A stretch of DNA of 40,713 nt from a virus (IMGVR_UViG_2940228231_000001:1-40713), one strand, 5' to 3'; shown: positions 33,192 through 40,690, counted from the first letter of the stretch. Translations and numbers: made by a program. Notes: generated by a model from the sequence alone, not told the origin.

Positions 33192-33816
33192 CAATACCTC
33201 CTTCATATTCACTATTAGTTTCTCTGATCATCTTTCTGATTTCTTCTAATCTTTCAGATGGATGCTTCGTTCTGATTTCTTCAAGTCTATCAGAGGGTTC
33301 TATCCTCTCCTCTTCTTTACTTTTCTTTTCTTTTCTTTTCTCTTCTTTACTTTGTTCAGAAATGTCTACATTTTCTTCAGAAATGTCTACATTTTTACTC
33401 GAAATGTCAACATTGTTTGGTAAAACAGCATAATCAAGCAAGAGATACTCTTTTTTCACTTCCACTTTTTTACGACGACTGACTGCCTCGAAGTATCTTT
33501 TCTGTATCCCCTTGGATGTCAAGATATGATACTTGTCATAAAGTTTCTGTGAGAAAATTCCTCTCTTTAGTGCTGACTCCACTATTTCGGACACGATATT
33601 ACCACCACCTACAGCTTGTGCAGAAAACAATAATACAACGTCTTTTGTCCATTCACAGTAGTAACCATGCCCTCCATAAATACGTTGGAAAAGCTTAACG
33701 ACTATTGCAAACCCTGTCAGTCCAAATTCAGCTTCAATTAGCTGTATCTTTTCATCTAGTTGGCATTCGAGTGGGAAGTAAGGTATTCCTGTACTTGCCA
33801 CTAATTGCACCCCCAT
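33184..33816 (-). CDS. DUF4373-like (Lin1244/DnaD-associated) phage replication protein
   Basis: IPYFPLECQLDEKIQLIEAEFGLTGFAIVVKLFQRIYGGHGYYCEW...ILTSKGIQKRYFE matches the DUF4373 N-terminal pattern. The C-terminal part is repetitive and encoded by the iterons. Confidence 0.7.
   Translation of the reverse strand: MGVQLVASTGIPYFPLECQLDEKIQLIEAEFGLTGFAIVVKLFQRIYGGHGYYCEWTKDVVLLFSAQAVGGGNIVSEIVESALKRGIFSQKLYDKYHILTSKGIQKRYFEAVSRRKKVEVKKEYLLLDYAVLPNNVDISSKNVDISEENVDISEQSKEEKRKEKKSKEEERIEPSDRLEEIRTKHPSERLEEIRKMIRETNSEYEGGIDV
33234..33297. repeat. Two imperfect 28-bp direct repeats, 36 bp apart
   Basis: ttctgatttcttc(t/a)a(a/g)tct(t/a)tcaga(t/g)gg at 33234..33261 and 33270..33297, encoding PS(D/E)RLEEIR twice. 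Confidence 0.7.
33359..33414. repeat. Three iterons GAAATGTC(T/A)ACATT(TT) with exact 21-bp phasing; candidate replication origin
   Basis: Copies start at 33359, 33380 and 33401. A 55-nt polypyrimidine/AT-rich tract (33301..33355) flanks them. All lie inside the replication-protein gene. Confidence 0.8.
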
Positions 33817-34130
33817 TCTCTGCTAATCTGTGCGTCTAGTAAACGCATCTGTAGCTTAATTGAATTAACGTTCTCTTGTGCGCTCTTATACATCACTTCT
33901 GCTATATCACGCTTAAGTCTTTGTTCTGCACATTTGCCATACACAACCTTATCTATCAGTGTTACGGCCATTCCTGCATCTCGAAGTTTTAAAGACTCTT
34001 GCATCAACGCTATTTTGTAATCACTTTCAGCTGCTGCATATTCTTTCCCATACTTCGCCATTAAGCGGACACCGCTTGATAGTTCCGTGCTGTATTCATT
34101 TAACTCATTTACTAATAATTGTCCGCTCAT
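33801..34130 (-). CDS. 109-aa coiled-coil protein, unknown function
   Basis: Start set at the ATG in an ATGA overlap with the HNH stop. Confidence 0.55.
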   Translation of the reverse strand: MSGQLLVNELNEYSTELSSGVRLMAKYGKEYAAAESDYKIALMQESLKLRDAGMAVTLIDKVVYGKCAEQRLKRDIAEVMYKSAQENVNSIKLQMRLLDAQISREWGCN

Positions 34131-34438
34131 TTCATCCACCCATACTTATCATAATATAGCTTCTTCTCATCCCAATTTCGGTAGCATGCCTTTAGATATT
34201 CCTTGATCATATTGCCATTCTCGACACGCTTACTCCCATTATCAAACTCATCATGGCACTGCTGACAAAGCGTAACTACATTCTGTTCAACTCCAAGTCC
34301 GCCTTGGCTCCTGCGGATATAGTGAGCGTTTGCCTTCGCTCTAGGGTTGCCACATATAATGCAGCAGCCTCCGTCTCTTTCCCAAACTTTACGCCTCACC
34401 TTTGGAGATATCTCACAGGCTTTGCTCATCTTGCTCAT
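34127..34438 (-). CDS. HNH endonuclease
   Basis: CIICGNP...AHYIRRSQGG...NVVTLCQQCHDEFDNG. Start set at the ATG in an ATGA overlap with the exonuclease stop. Confidence 0.8.
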   Translation of the reverse strand: MSKMSKACEISPKVRRKVWERDGGCCIICGNPRAKANAHYIRRSQGGLGVEQNVVTLCQQCHDEFDNGSKRVENGNMIKEYLKACYRNWDEKKLYYDKYGWMK

Positions 34439-34992
34439 GGCATCGCACCCCTTTCCATGCACACCTTTAGGTATGTTAGTTTTGGCAGATAGTCGTTTAG
34501 TATAAATTTCTCATCATACGCCACTGGTATAAATTTCGCCCTTTCTATATCGACCTCTGTAAAATAGTTTAGATACTCCTGCTCACCTAGTGGATAAGCC
34601 ACGATAAATAAGTATGGAAGTATTTTTCTCACTTCCTTAAAGGCGAACATCTCCACTTGTGATTGTCTCCAATAGTTCTTGCTTACCTTAAATTCCTTGT
34701 CCTCTTTGTGCGTCTTAACCTCGTAGATCATATTAGCCGTATTGCCATCCAGATTAACCCTTAGGCTTAAATCAGGAAGTAACAACTGCAAATCCTTCTC
34801 GCATCCAATAGCATCAAGGATTTTCCCTTCATAAGCATTGCCACATTTCATTGCTTTGGTGTTAATCTCATTTTTCCTCAGTGCCAGTTTTTCAAGCCAC
34901 CACTTCTTAAATGTAGCAGTCTTCCAGTTTCCGACTATCATGCTAGTGTCACTGGCTCCGAACCACCATGCCCTGTCTTTATCTGCTATCAT
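34435..34992 (-). CDS. YqaJ/lambda-exo-like PD-(D/E)XK recombination exonuclease
   Basis: N-terminal RAWWFGASDTSMIVGNW...KKWWLEK and a later D...YEVKT motif. Paired with the annealase by an ATGA overlap. Confidence 0.7.
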   Translation of the reverse strand: MIADKDRAWWFGASDTSMIVGNWKTATFKKWWLEKLALRKNEINTKAMKCGNAYEGKILDAIGCEKDLQLLLPDLSLRVNLDGNTANMIYEVKTHKEDKEFKVSKNYWRQSQVEMFAFKEVRKILPYLFIVAYPLGEQEYLNYFTEVDIERAKFIPVAYDEKFILNDYLPKLTYLKVCMERGAMP

Positions 34993-35624
34993 AACGTCTT
35001 CAGCATCCCTTCAAAGTTGTAAACTCTGGTAAGCGATTTCAATAAGTCTCGGATATTGTCATCCGTGCCCATCTTCGTCTTATCGGCAATTTCCTGCAGG
35101 GTTAATCCGCCATCCATCTTTAGAGTAATAAGCTGTTCAATGCGTTCTTTTACGGTTAGGATATTATGCTGTGACATGTCATCAAACTTGCTTCCGATAG
35201 TATCAAGTGCTTGTTCCTCCTTAAGCCACAAATTAAACCCTAAACCAGTATAAATAGCCACTCCCTTAACAAAGAGCCTTGTTTGGCAATTCCAAACCCT
35301 TTGCTGACTAAGCGAATTATCCTTAACTGGATTTGCTGCATTCATCAACGGCCCTCTCATATCAAACTCCAAATCGTCAATGACAATATGTACACCAACT
35401 TCATAGCATTGGTTAGTGTTACCGTTCTTATCCTTAAATTCCTTATCAGTCATGAACAAACTGGAGCCTTTTTCTGTTAGCAACGGTGTAAAATACACTT
35501 TTTCTGCCCCATTTTCGTGCAGCAGGTCGACACATCTTGCCCAATTCAGATAATCCAGTCCATCTCTTTGTTCAACAAAAGCAGATACATCCACTTTCCG
35601 CATTTCTTCATATGTTTTTAACAT
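34989..35624 (-). CDS. Rad52/Sak-like (DUF1071-type) single-strand annealing protein
   Basis: LDYLNWARCVDLL...PLMNAANPVKD...QRVWNCQTRLFVKGVAIYTGLGFNLW matches the Sak/DUF1071 pattern. Confidence 0.65.
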   Translation of the reverse strand: MLKTYEEMRKVDVSAFVEQRDGLDYLNWARCVDLLHENGAEKVYFTPLLTEKGSSLFMTDKEFKDKNGNTNQCYEVGVHIVIDDLEFDMRGPLMNAANPVKDNSLSQQRVWNCQTRLFVKGVAIYTGLGFNLWLKEEQALDTIGSKFDDMSQHNILTVKERIEQLITLKMDGGLTLQEIADKTKMGTDDNIRDLLKSLTRVYNFEGMLKTL

Positions 35625-35625
35625 C

Positions 35626-35934
35626 TTAATCCTCCATATTTATCAGTTCTGCATATCCGTCTTTAACATCTTCTTCTGAGGTGTTATTCTTCTCTGCTCT
35701 TTCGCTTATATCTTTGCGCAAGTCACTAACACATGATTCGCATAAGTTTAAATCTGGTGCTATCGGTCTCTTGCACATCACACAGCAGCTTGGCTCATCG
35801 AAAACTACACTGCCACACTCTGGACACTTCTCAAAAGCATCTTTTCTGTACCCTCCGACATTTACATCTGGAATGTCATATTCATGATAAATCACTGATT
35901 CTATCGCTTCGCTACATCTTTCACACCACATCAT
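35626..35934 (-). CDS. 102-aa double zinc-ribbon protein
   Basis: CERC...CPECG...CVMC...CESC. Confidence 0.6.
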   Translation of the reverse strand: MMWCERCSEAIESVIYHEYDIPDVNVGGYRKDAFEKCPECGSVVFDEPSCCVMCKRPIAPDLNLCESCVSDLRKDISERAEKNNTSEEDVKDGYAELINMED

Positions 35935-36290
35935 AACCCCATTACCTCCTCCAAAGTTAATTGATCAGGGTTAACGCCCTCTAGTGCCTTTGCAGTCTTC
36001 AGCAGGTCGAACGCCCTTGATTTCAATTCTCTTGCATTAGCTAGGGCTTCTTCTCTAGTCCCAAGCTTATAGCCTTTGCCCCGGGACACCGCAATAATTG
36101 GGTGCCCCTCTAATCTAAGTTCTCTTACCGCTAACCTAAAGGTTCTCTCTGTGATACCAATAGCACTTGCTATTATGTATCTAGACTGTGGTTTTGGGCT
36201 AAGCATTGACAAAACCATCATTTTAGTGGTATCATCTAATTGGTTATTTAGTTCGGCTGCTTTGCAGTCGTTCTTTATTTTTTGATTCAT
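35931..36290 (-). CDS. 119-aa winged-helix DNA-binding protein
   Basis: RYIIASAIGITERTFRLAVRELRLEGHPIIAVSRGKGYKL is HTH_11/BirA-N-like. Confidence 0.6.
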   Translation of the reverse strand: MNQKIKNDCKAAELNNQLDDTTKMMVLSMLSPKPQSRYIIASAIGITERTFRLAVRELRLEGHPIIAVSRGKGYKLGTREEALANARELKSRAFDLLKTAKALEGVNPDQLTLEEVMGL

Positions 36291-36697
36291 TGTCTCACCT
36301 CTTCTAAGTGAAAGATTCTAACCCCATCGATTGTCACAAAGCACTTAACATGTTTTTCTGAGTGTGCTTCTTTCTCCACATGCATACCCTTGGTTATTTT
36401 TTCAAAAGCTTCCTGGGTAACATGTATCCTTGCTTCACCACCGCAAGCACTAAGAATCCCTTTCTTGTATAGTTCAATTAATTCTGTGTTTAGTTCAATC
36501 AATCTTTTCACATCTATTTTTTCACTTTCGTTCATCTGATCAGCAGTTTCTTGTGCTTCGTCTTTTAGTTCAAATACACCTTCGACGTATTCCAGATTAC
36601 CTGAGTGCATAACGGCCTCCACATCTCTAACACGTGCCACCTGATAAAACTTGTCTGCTCCAATACAGTTGCTCATTACTTTCCATTCACCTTTCAT
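36287..36697 (-). CDS. 136-aa hypothetical protein
   Basis: Start set at the ATG after AAAGGAGG, in an ATGA overlap with the upstream stop. Confidence 0.6.
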   Translation of the reverse strand: MKGEWKVMSNCIGADKFYQVARVRDVEAVMHSGNLEYVEGVFELKDEAQETADQMNESEKIDVKRLIELNTELIELYKKGILSACGGEARIHVTQEAFEKITKGMHVEKEAHSEKHVKCFVTIDGVRIFHLEEVRQ

Positions 36698-37161
36698 TTT
36701 TGTTCCTCCTTTAATAATTGGTTCACTACTGTTGTCCACTTACTTGCATTTGGTGGACAGTATTTGTTTGCAATTTTCTCTACTGTGTTTAATCCTTGGT
36801 CAAAATAATTGTTGGCCAGGTTTGATACAAATGCATTTACTCCCTGCGCAACTGTGTCATATGCAAGTGGTACATCGTTTACAGATAATCCACCAACATT
36901 GTTGTGCTGTAGAAATGCCTTGCTGGTAAAATGTCCCGTTTCAAGTTTTGCTATGGCAAGTGGAATCTCTGGATCGATACCATACTCATAACACTTCAGC
37001 TCTATCTGCTCCTGAACCGTCAACACATATGGCAGTGCATTCTCTTTCTCTGCGTAAGCCATTTCATCCTGCATCTCCCAGCCACCCATTATCCCCATCG
37101 TTAGCACCAAAGCAATCACAAATGGTATATTAAACATATTTCTCTTCAAAAACCTTTTCAT
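36694..37161 (-). CDS. Membrane-anchored glucosaminidase-family (FlgJ/mannosyl-glycoprotein endo-beta-N-acetylglucosaminidase-like) domain protein
   Basis: N-terminal TM FNIPFVIALVLTMGIMGGW, then PLAIAKLETGHFTSKAFLQHNNVGGL, which resembles the catalytic-Glu block of the Glucosaminidase domain. Confidence 0.6.
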   Translation of the reverse strand: MKRFLKRNMFNIPFVIALVLTMGIMGGWEMQDEMAYAEKENALPYVLTVQEQIELKCYEYGIDPEIPLAIAKLETGHFTSKAFLQHNNVGGLSVNDVPLAYDTVAQGVNAFVSNLANNYFDQGLNTVEKIANKYCPPNASKWTTVVNQLLKEEQK

Positions 37162-37333
37162 GGCTTCCTTTTCTCCTTTCTATGAAATTTTTTATGTCAC
37201 TCTCTGCAAACAATCTCTGTCCACCAATCCATATTGGAGTCAGTTCGCTCCTATTAGTCATTCGCCACAAGGTTGTTCGGCCAACATGCAACATACCCAT
37301 AACCTCTTTGGCATTATAGTGCTTCTCAATCAT
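37130..37333 (-). CDS. xis: Excisionase-family (MerR/AlpA-type) HTH protein; Xis candidate
   Basis: YNAKEVMGMLHVGRTTLWRMTNRSELTPIWIGGQRLFAESDIKNFI fits the excisionase DNA-binding domain pattern. AAAGGAGAGGG RBS. Confidence 0.6.
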   Translation of the reverse strand: MIEKHYNAKEVMGMLHVGRTTLWRMTNRSELTPIWIGGQRLFAESDIKNFIERRKGSHEKVFEEKYV

Positions 37334-37547
37334 TTGCCCTCTCCTTTCGCTTTCCTAAGGTATAACTAATTCCTAGCAATCTTAGTGCTTTGTCTGCCAT
37401 GTCAATCGACATGCCTCGTTCTCCATTTTCCCAGTACCGTACAATTCTTGTTGTGCAGCCAAGCATTCTAGCTAAATCTGCTCTTGTTAATTCTAGATCC
37501 TCTCGTTTTTCTTTTACTAACTTGACAATCTCATTGTTTCTGCTCAC
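37326..37547 (-). CDS. XRE-family HTH regulator (second early regulator)
   Basis: LTRADLARMLGCTTRIVRYWENGERGMS. Confidence 0.75.
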   Translation of the reverse strand: MSRNNEIVKLVKEKREDLELTRADLARMLGCTTRIVRYWENGERGMSIDMADKALRLLGISYTLGKRKERAND

Positions 37548-37570
37548 TGAATCGTTAATTCCTTTCTTTC

Positions 37571-37813
37571 TTATTCATTTGCACTCTTTGTATCTTTACA
37601 AGATACATCGCTAGCAAAAAAAATATCCCTGATGTCTCTTAGACTCAAGTTATACCGTTCCATAATAAACTGAATTTCATCCCTGTTAAATTCTGTATTC
37701 TTTCGGTTTATTTTAGCGTTGAGGCATGATAATGAAAGTCCCATTGCCTTTGCTAAATTTTCTTGCTTCTCATCATATTTCATGATATATGACTTCAATA
37801 ACTTCTTATTCAC
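37571..37813 (-). CDS. Cro-like XRE-family HTH protein, divergent from cI (GTG start)
   Basis: QENLAKAMGLSLSCLNAKINRKNTEF. AAGGAGGTGG RBS. First gene of the early lytic operon. Confidence 0.7.
   Translation of the reverse strand: MNKKLLKSYIMKYDEKQENLAKAMGLSLSCLNAKINRKNTEFNRDEIQFIMERYNLSLRDIRDIFFASDVSCKDTKSANE
37588..37608. promoter_or_regulatory. Operator-like palindrome, distal copy
   Basis: cTTTGTATCT-ttaca-AGATACAt. It shares the left 10-mer CTTTGTATCT with the copy at 37827. Confidence 0.5.
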
Positions 37814-37826
37814 CGTTCCACCTCCT

Positions 37827-37847
37827 TTGTATCTATTTGAGATACAA
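37827..37847. promoter_or_regulatory. Operator palindrome TTGTATCT-N5-AGATACAA between the lytic -10 and the cro RBS
   Basis: Perfect 8-bp arms. It overlaps the expected transcription start of the lytic promoter. Confidence 0.6.
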
Positions 37848-37849
37848 TC

Positions 37850-37878
37850 ATTCTATTACATTATTTGTTTCCTGTCAA
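37850..37878 (-). promoter_or_regulatory. Early lytic promoter
   Basis: Minus strand TTGACA (37873..37878), 17 nt, TAGAAT (37850..37855). Confidence 0.6.
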
Positions 37879-37894
37879 GATATTTTTTCTTGAT
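37876..37894. promoter_or_regulatory. Second inverted repeat TCAAGA-N7-TCTTGA overlapping both -35 elements
   Basis: Read directly from the sequence. It overlaps TTGACA of the lytic promoter and TTGATT of the cI promoter. Confidence 0.4.
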
Positions 37895-37917
37895 TTTTGC
37901 AAAAAATATGTTACAAT
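37890..37917 (+). promoter_or_regulatory. Candidate cI maintenance promoter
   Basis: TTGATT (37890..37895), 16 nt, TACAAT (37912..37917). An AGATACAA half-site at 37920..37927 follows it. Confidence 0.4.
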
Positions 37918-37944
37918 TAAGATACAATGAATGGAGGAGATAGA

Positions 37945-38616
37945 ATGAATGTTCCTATTGGTGAAAGAATAAGAATCCTAAGGACTGGTCTCAATATAAC
38001 ACAAGAAGAATTAGGAAATAAGGTGGGAGTGCAACGTGCTGCTATCAACAAATATGAAAAAGGTGTAGTGTCTAACATCAAGAGAGATATACAAATTAAA
38101 TTAGCAGATGCATTGTGTATTGATCCTGCGACACTATTTTATGATGAAGAATTTATGCCAGAACTATATTCTGTTGCCTTGGAAAAATCAATTCCTGTGA
38201 TTGACAATAGACAATTAAGTGCCGTGCGAATTCCAGTATTGGGACGAGTTCAGGCTGGTATACCTGTAGATGCAATCGAAGAAATACTTGACTGGGAAGA
38301 AATCACCCCAGCGATGGCTCAAAACGGAACACATTTCGCTCTACAAATAAAAGGAGATAGTATGGCACCTAGGATTACTGAAGGAGATGTTGTAATCGTC
38401 CGTCAGCAAAGCGATATTGAATGTGGCGATGTGGCAGTAATTATTGTAAATGGAAACGATGCCACAATTAAAGAAGTGAAGAAATATGATGAGGGTGGAA
38501 TAACGCTGGTCCCTTTCAATCCGTCATATCCTGTAAAACGATACTCTGAAGAAGACGTGAAATCCCTCCCTGTTGAAATATTAGGAAAAGTGATTGAACT
38601 AAGAGCGAAATTTTAA
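37945..38616 (+). CDS. CI-type repressor: XRE HTH plus LexA/S24 autopeptidase domain
   Basis: ITQEELGNKVGVQRAAINKYEKG is the HTH. LGRVQAGIPV holds the Ala-Gly cleavage site (38254..38259). GDSMAP is the Ser nucleophile and ATIKEVKK the Lys. Start set at the ATG after GGAGGAGA. Confidence 0.9.
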   Translation: MNVPIGERIRILRTGLNITQEELGNKVGVQRAAINKYEKGVVSNIKRDIQIKLADALCIDPATLFYDEEFMPELYSVALEKSIPVIDNRQLSAVRIPVLGRVQAGIPVDAIEEILDWEEITPAMAQNGTHFALQIKGDSMAPRITEGDVVIVRQQSDIECGDVAVIIVNGNDATIKEVKKYDEGGITLVPFNPSYPVKRYSEEDVKSLPVEILGKVIELRAKF

Positions 38617-38634
38617 TGCTATAAGGAGATTATT

Positions 38635-39294
38635 ATGGACAAATCTATGATTAACTCTATAATCAGAAATATCTTGTTGCTGATAATTCCTGCAACATTA
38701 TTTATCTATGCTACTAAAGTGGAAAATAATATCGTTTCTGCCTTCCTCGTTTGTATGAGTGTATTGCTTGCGGTTCTGTCCACCAGATTTTACAGATGGA
38801 AATGCCTTAAAGATAGAATATACTTTATTTCTAATGTAGCCTTTGAATATGAGGTTAGAGATTTATTGAATCCATTAACATCAGAAGGCCGAGAATATGC
38901 AATGTCAATTTTTAATGACTATAAAGCTAATATGCAGAAGCTATATGCTAACGAATCTTCAGAACCATCATATTTGAATAGAAAAGCATATCTTCATAAT
39001 TCAGATTTCCTTGGAGAAACATTATCCAATTATATGGATGATATAATATCAAAGAATCAATATACTATTTTGCAAAAGACTGAAACCTCTAACGAGTATT
39101 CACTGACAGCATATGGAAAGGCTGCATATTCAACATATCTTTATGCTGCTATGCATTGTGAAGATGTGAATGAGAATACCGTTGCATATATTAAAGATTT
39201 GCTCCATAGTAAAGTCATTACTAAAGACAAATATGGAGACTTGTATGGAGAAGAATTGTTAGCGGACATAAACAGTAGAATCAATCAACAATAA
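38635..39294 (+). CDS. 219-aa protein with two N-terminal TM helices, unknown function, in the lysogeny operon
   Basis: IIRNILLLIIPATLFIYA and IVSAFLVCMSVLLAVLS. AAGGAGA RBS. Lies between cI and int. Confidence 0.7.
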   Translation: MDKSMINSIIRNILLLIIPATLFIYATKVENNIVSAFLVCMSVLLAVLSTRFYRWKCLKDRIYFISNVAFEYEVRDLLNPLTSEGREYAMSIFNDYKANMQKLYANESSEPSYLNRKAYLHNSDFLGETLSNYMDDIISKNQYTILQKTETSNEYSLTAYGKAAYSTYLYAAMHCEDVNENTVAYIKDLLHSKVITKDKYGDLYGEELLADINSRINQQ

Positions 39295-39396
39295 AAAAAC
39301 AACCGTCCCTATTACTAGAGACGGAAGTTATAATCGGCTGCATGATACAGCACGACTTCGCAATCAAATTGTATCATCGCAACCGCAGTTTGTCAA

Positions 39397-39420
39397 TTTC
39401 GGGGCATTTTTTGCCCGAAA
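39397..39420 (+). other. Stem-loop whose 3' arm overlaps the int Shine-Dalgarno sequence
   Basis: TTTCGGGGC-atttttt-GCCCGAAA (one bulged G). The SD AAAGGAGG starts at 39418. Confidence 0.4.
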
Positions 39421-39430
39421 GGAGGATACA

Positions 39431-40618
39431 ATGGCAAGTTTCAAAGAGCGAAATGGGAAAGTCCAGATAACGATTACGCATGGTAAGAAGTTTGATGGAA
39501 CACCACAGCGTTACTACAGAGAAGTAGAAAATACTACGAAAAAACAATTAAAGATTGAAGAAGCTATTTTTCTTGCAGATATCATGGCTGGAAAGGTAGT
39601 CACAGCGGATACAACAACGCTTGACGCTTTATACAAGAACTATTTGTTACATAATGGCGGTATGGAATCCGAACTGAAAATATCCACAGCAAAACGGTAT
39701 GAATCGCTATATAAAAATCAAATCCAAAAGTCCTTTGGATCGAGAAGAATTAACGCAATAACAAGGGTGAATGTAAGAGATTGGGTTAAGAATTTGTCCG
39801 AAAAAGGAGTGAATAAAAAAACGCAGGGAAAGTTGTCACCAAAAACTATTAAAAACGCTCTGTCTTTTTTAAGCACTTTATATAGATATGCTATTTATGA
39901 TCTGGAACTGGTCGATAAAAACCCTTGCGATCATGTAAGAGTTCCTAAAGCAACAAAGAAATACAAAGTCCAAAAGGACTTCTATAAAGAGGACGAAGTG
40001 AAAGAATTGATTGCGTTGCTTTCCGATGAACTTGATACTAAGACTGGCCCGACTCATGCTACTATAATCTTACTAATCTTATTTACTGGCATTAGAGCTG
40101 GTGAAGCGATGGGACTGAAATGGACTGATATAGATTTTGAAAACAACACTCTAAAGATTGAGCGAGAACGCTTATCGGTTGTCGATGTTGGTGTGGTTGA
40201 GGATACACCTAAAACTGCCGACTCTATTAGAACAGTATCCTTCCCACAGTTTATTTCTGACATATTGAGGCGCTTAAAATCGCTCCAGAAAGAGCAGAAA
40301 GCATTATTGGGAGAAGATTACCATGAGAGTGGTTATGTCGCTGTAAACGTCAACGGGAAGCCACACCACCCAAATAATACCTATAGGTGGTTTAAAAGAT
40401 TCCTAGAAAGAAACAATCTTAAGCCTGCAACTATTCATGACCTCAGGCACACACACACTGCCATGTTGTCCAGTCTTGGTGTGGAAATCTTTGATGTATC
40501 ACGTAGGCTTGGCCATTCTAACACAAGGATTACACAAGAGGTTTATGAATACCTTTTCAAGGACGCTGACCACAGTGTATCGCAAAAACTTGATGGTTTT
40601 TATGAGCAGCTAAAATAA
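39431..40618 (+). CDS. int: Tyrosine recombinase / phage integrase
   Basis: TGIRAGEAMGLKWTDID (Arg I), HDLRHTH (H-x-x-R), LGHSNTRITQEVYEYL (catalytic Tyr), N-terminal SAM-like arm/core-binding domain. Adjacent to the att core. Confidence 0.93.
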   Translation: MASFKERNGKVQITITHGKKFDGTPQRYYREVENTTKKQLKIEEAIFLADIMAGKVVTADTTTLDALYKNYLLHNGGMESELKISTAKRYESLYKNQIQKSFGSRRINAITRVNVRDWVKNLSEKGVNKKTQGKLSPKTIKNALSFLSTLYRYAIYDLELVDKNPCDHVRVPKATKKYKVQKDFYKEDEVKELIALLSDELDTKTGPTHATIILLILFTGIRAGEAMGLKWTDIDFENNTLKIERERLSVVDVGVVEDTPKTADSIRTVSFPQFISDILRRLKSLQKEQKALLGEDYHESGYVAVNVNGKPHHPNNTYRWFKRFLERNNLKPATIHDLRHTHTAMLSSLGVEIFDVSRRLGHSNTRITQEVYEYLFKDADHSVSQKLDGFYEQLK

Positions 40619-40625
40619 ACAAAAA

Positions 40626-40643
40626 TGTAGTCAAAATGTAGTC
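40626..40643 (+). promoter_or_regulatory. Two TGTAGTC motifs 11 bp apart; candidate integrase arm-type sites (right arm)
   Basis: aaaaTGTAGTCaaaaTGTAGTCaag, the same heptamer and orientation as 156..174. Confidence 0.45.
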
Positions 40644-40654
40644 AAGAGAAAATC

Positions 40655-40690
40655 AAAACCCTGTAATCATTGCAATTACAGGGTTTTATT
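40655..40690 (+). terminator. Rho-independent terminator of int
   Basis: AAAACCCTGTAAT-cattgca-ATTACAGGGTTTT (perfect 13 bp) followed by TTTTATT, abutting the att core. Confidence 0.8.

Noticed and set aside
33359-33414. A possible small CRISPR array (regularly spaced repeats).
   Set aside because: There are only three 14-16-bp repeats with 5-nt spacers. They are in frame within a coding gene and there are no cas genes, so iterons are the better explanation.
37326-37813. The two adjacent small HTH genes as a toxin-antitoxin pair.
   Set aside because: Both are XRE-type DNA binders in the canonical cro/early-regulator position, and neither resembles a toxin.
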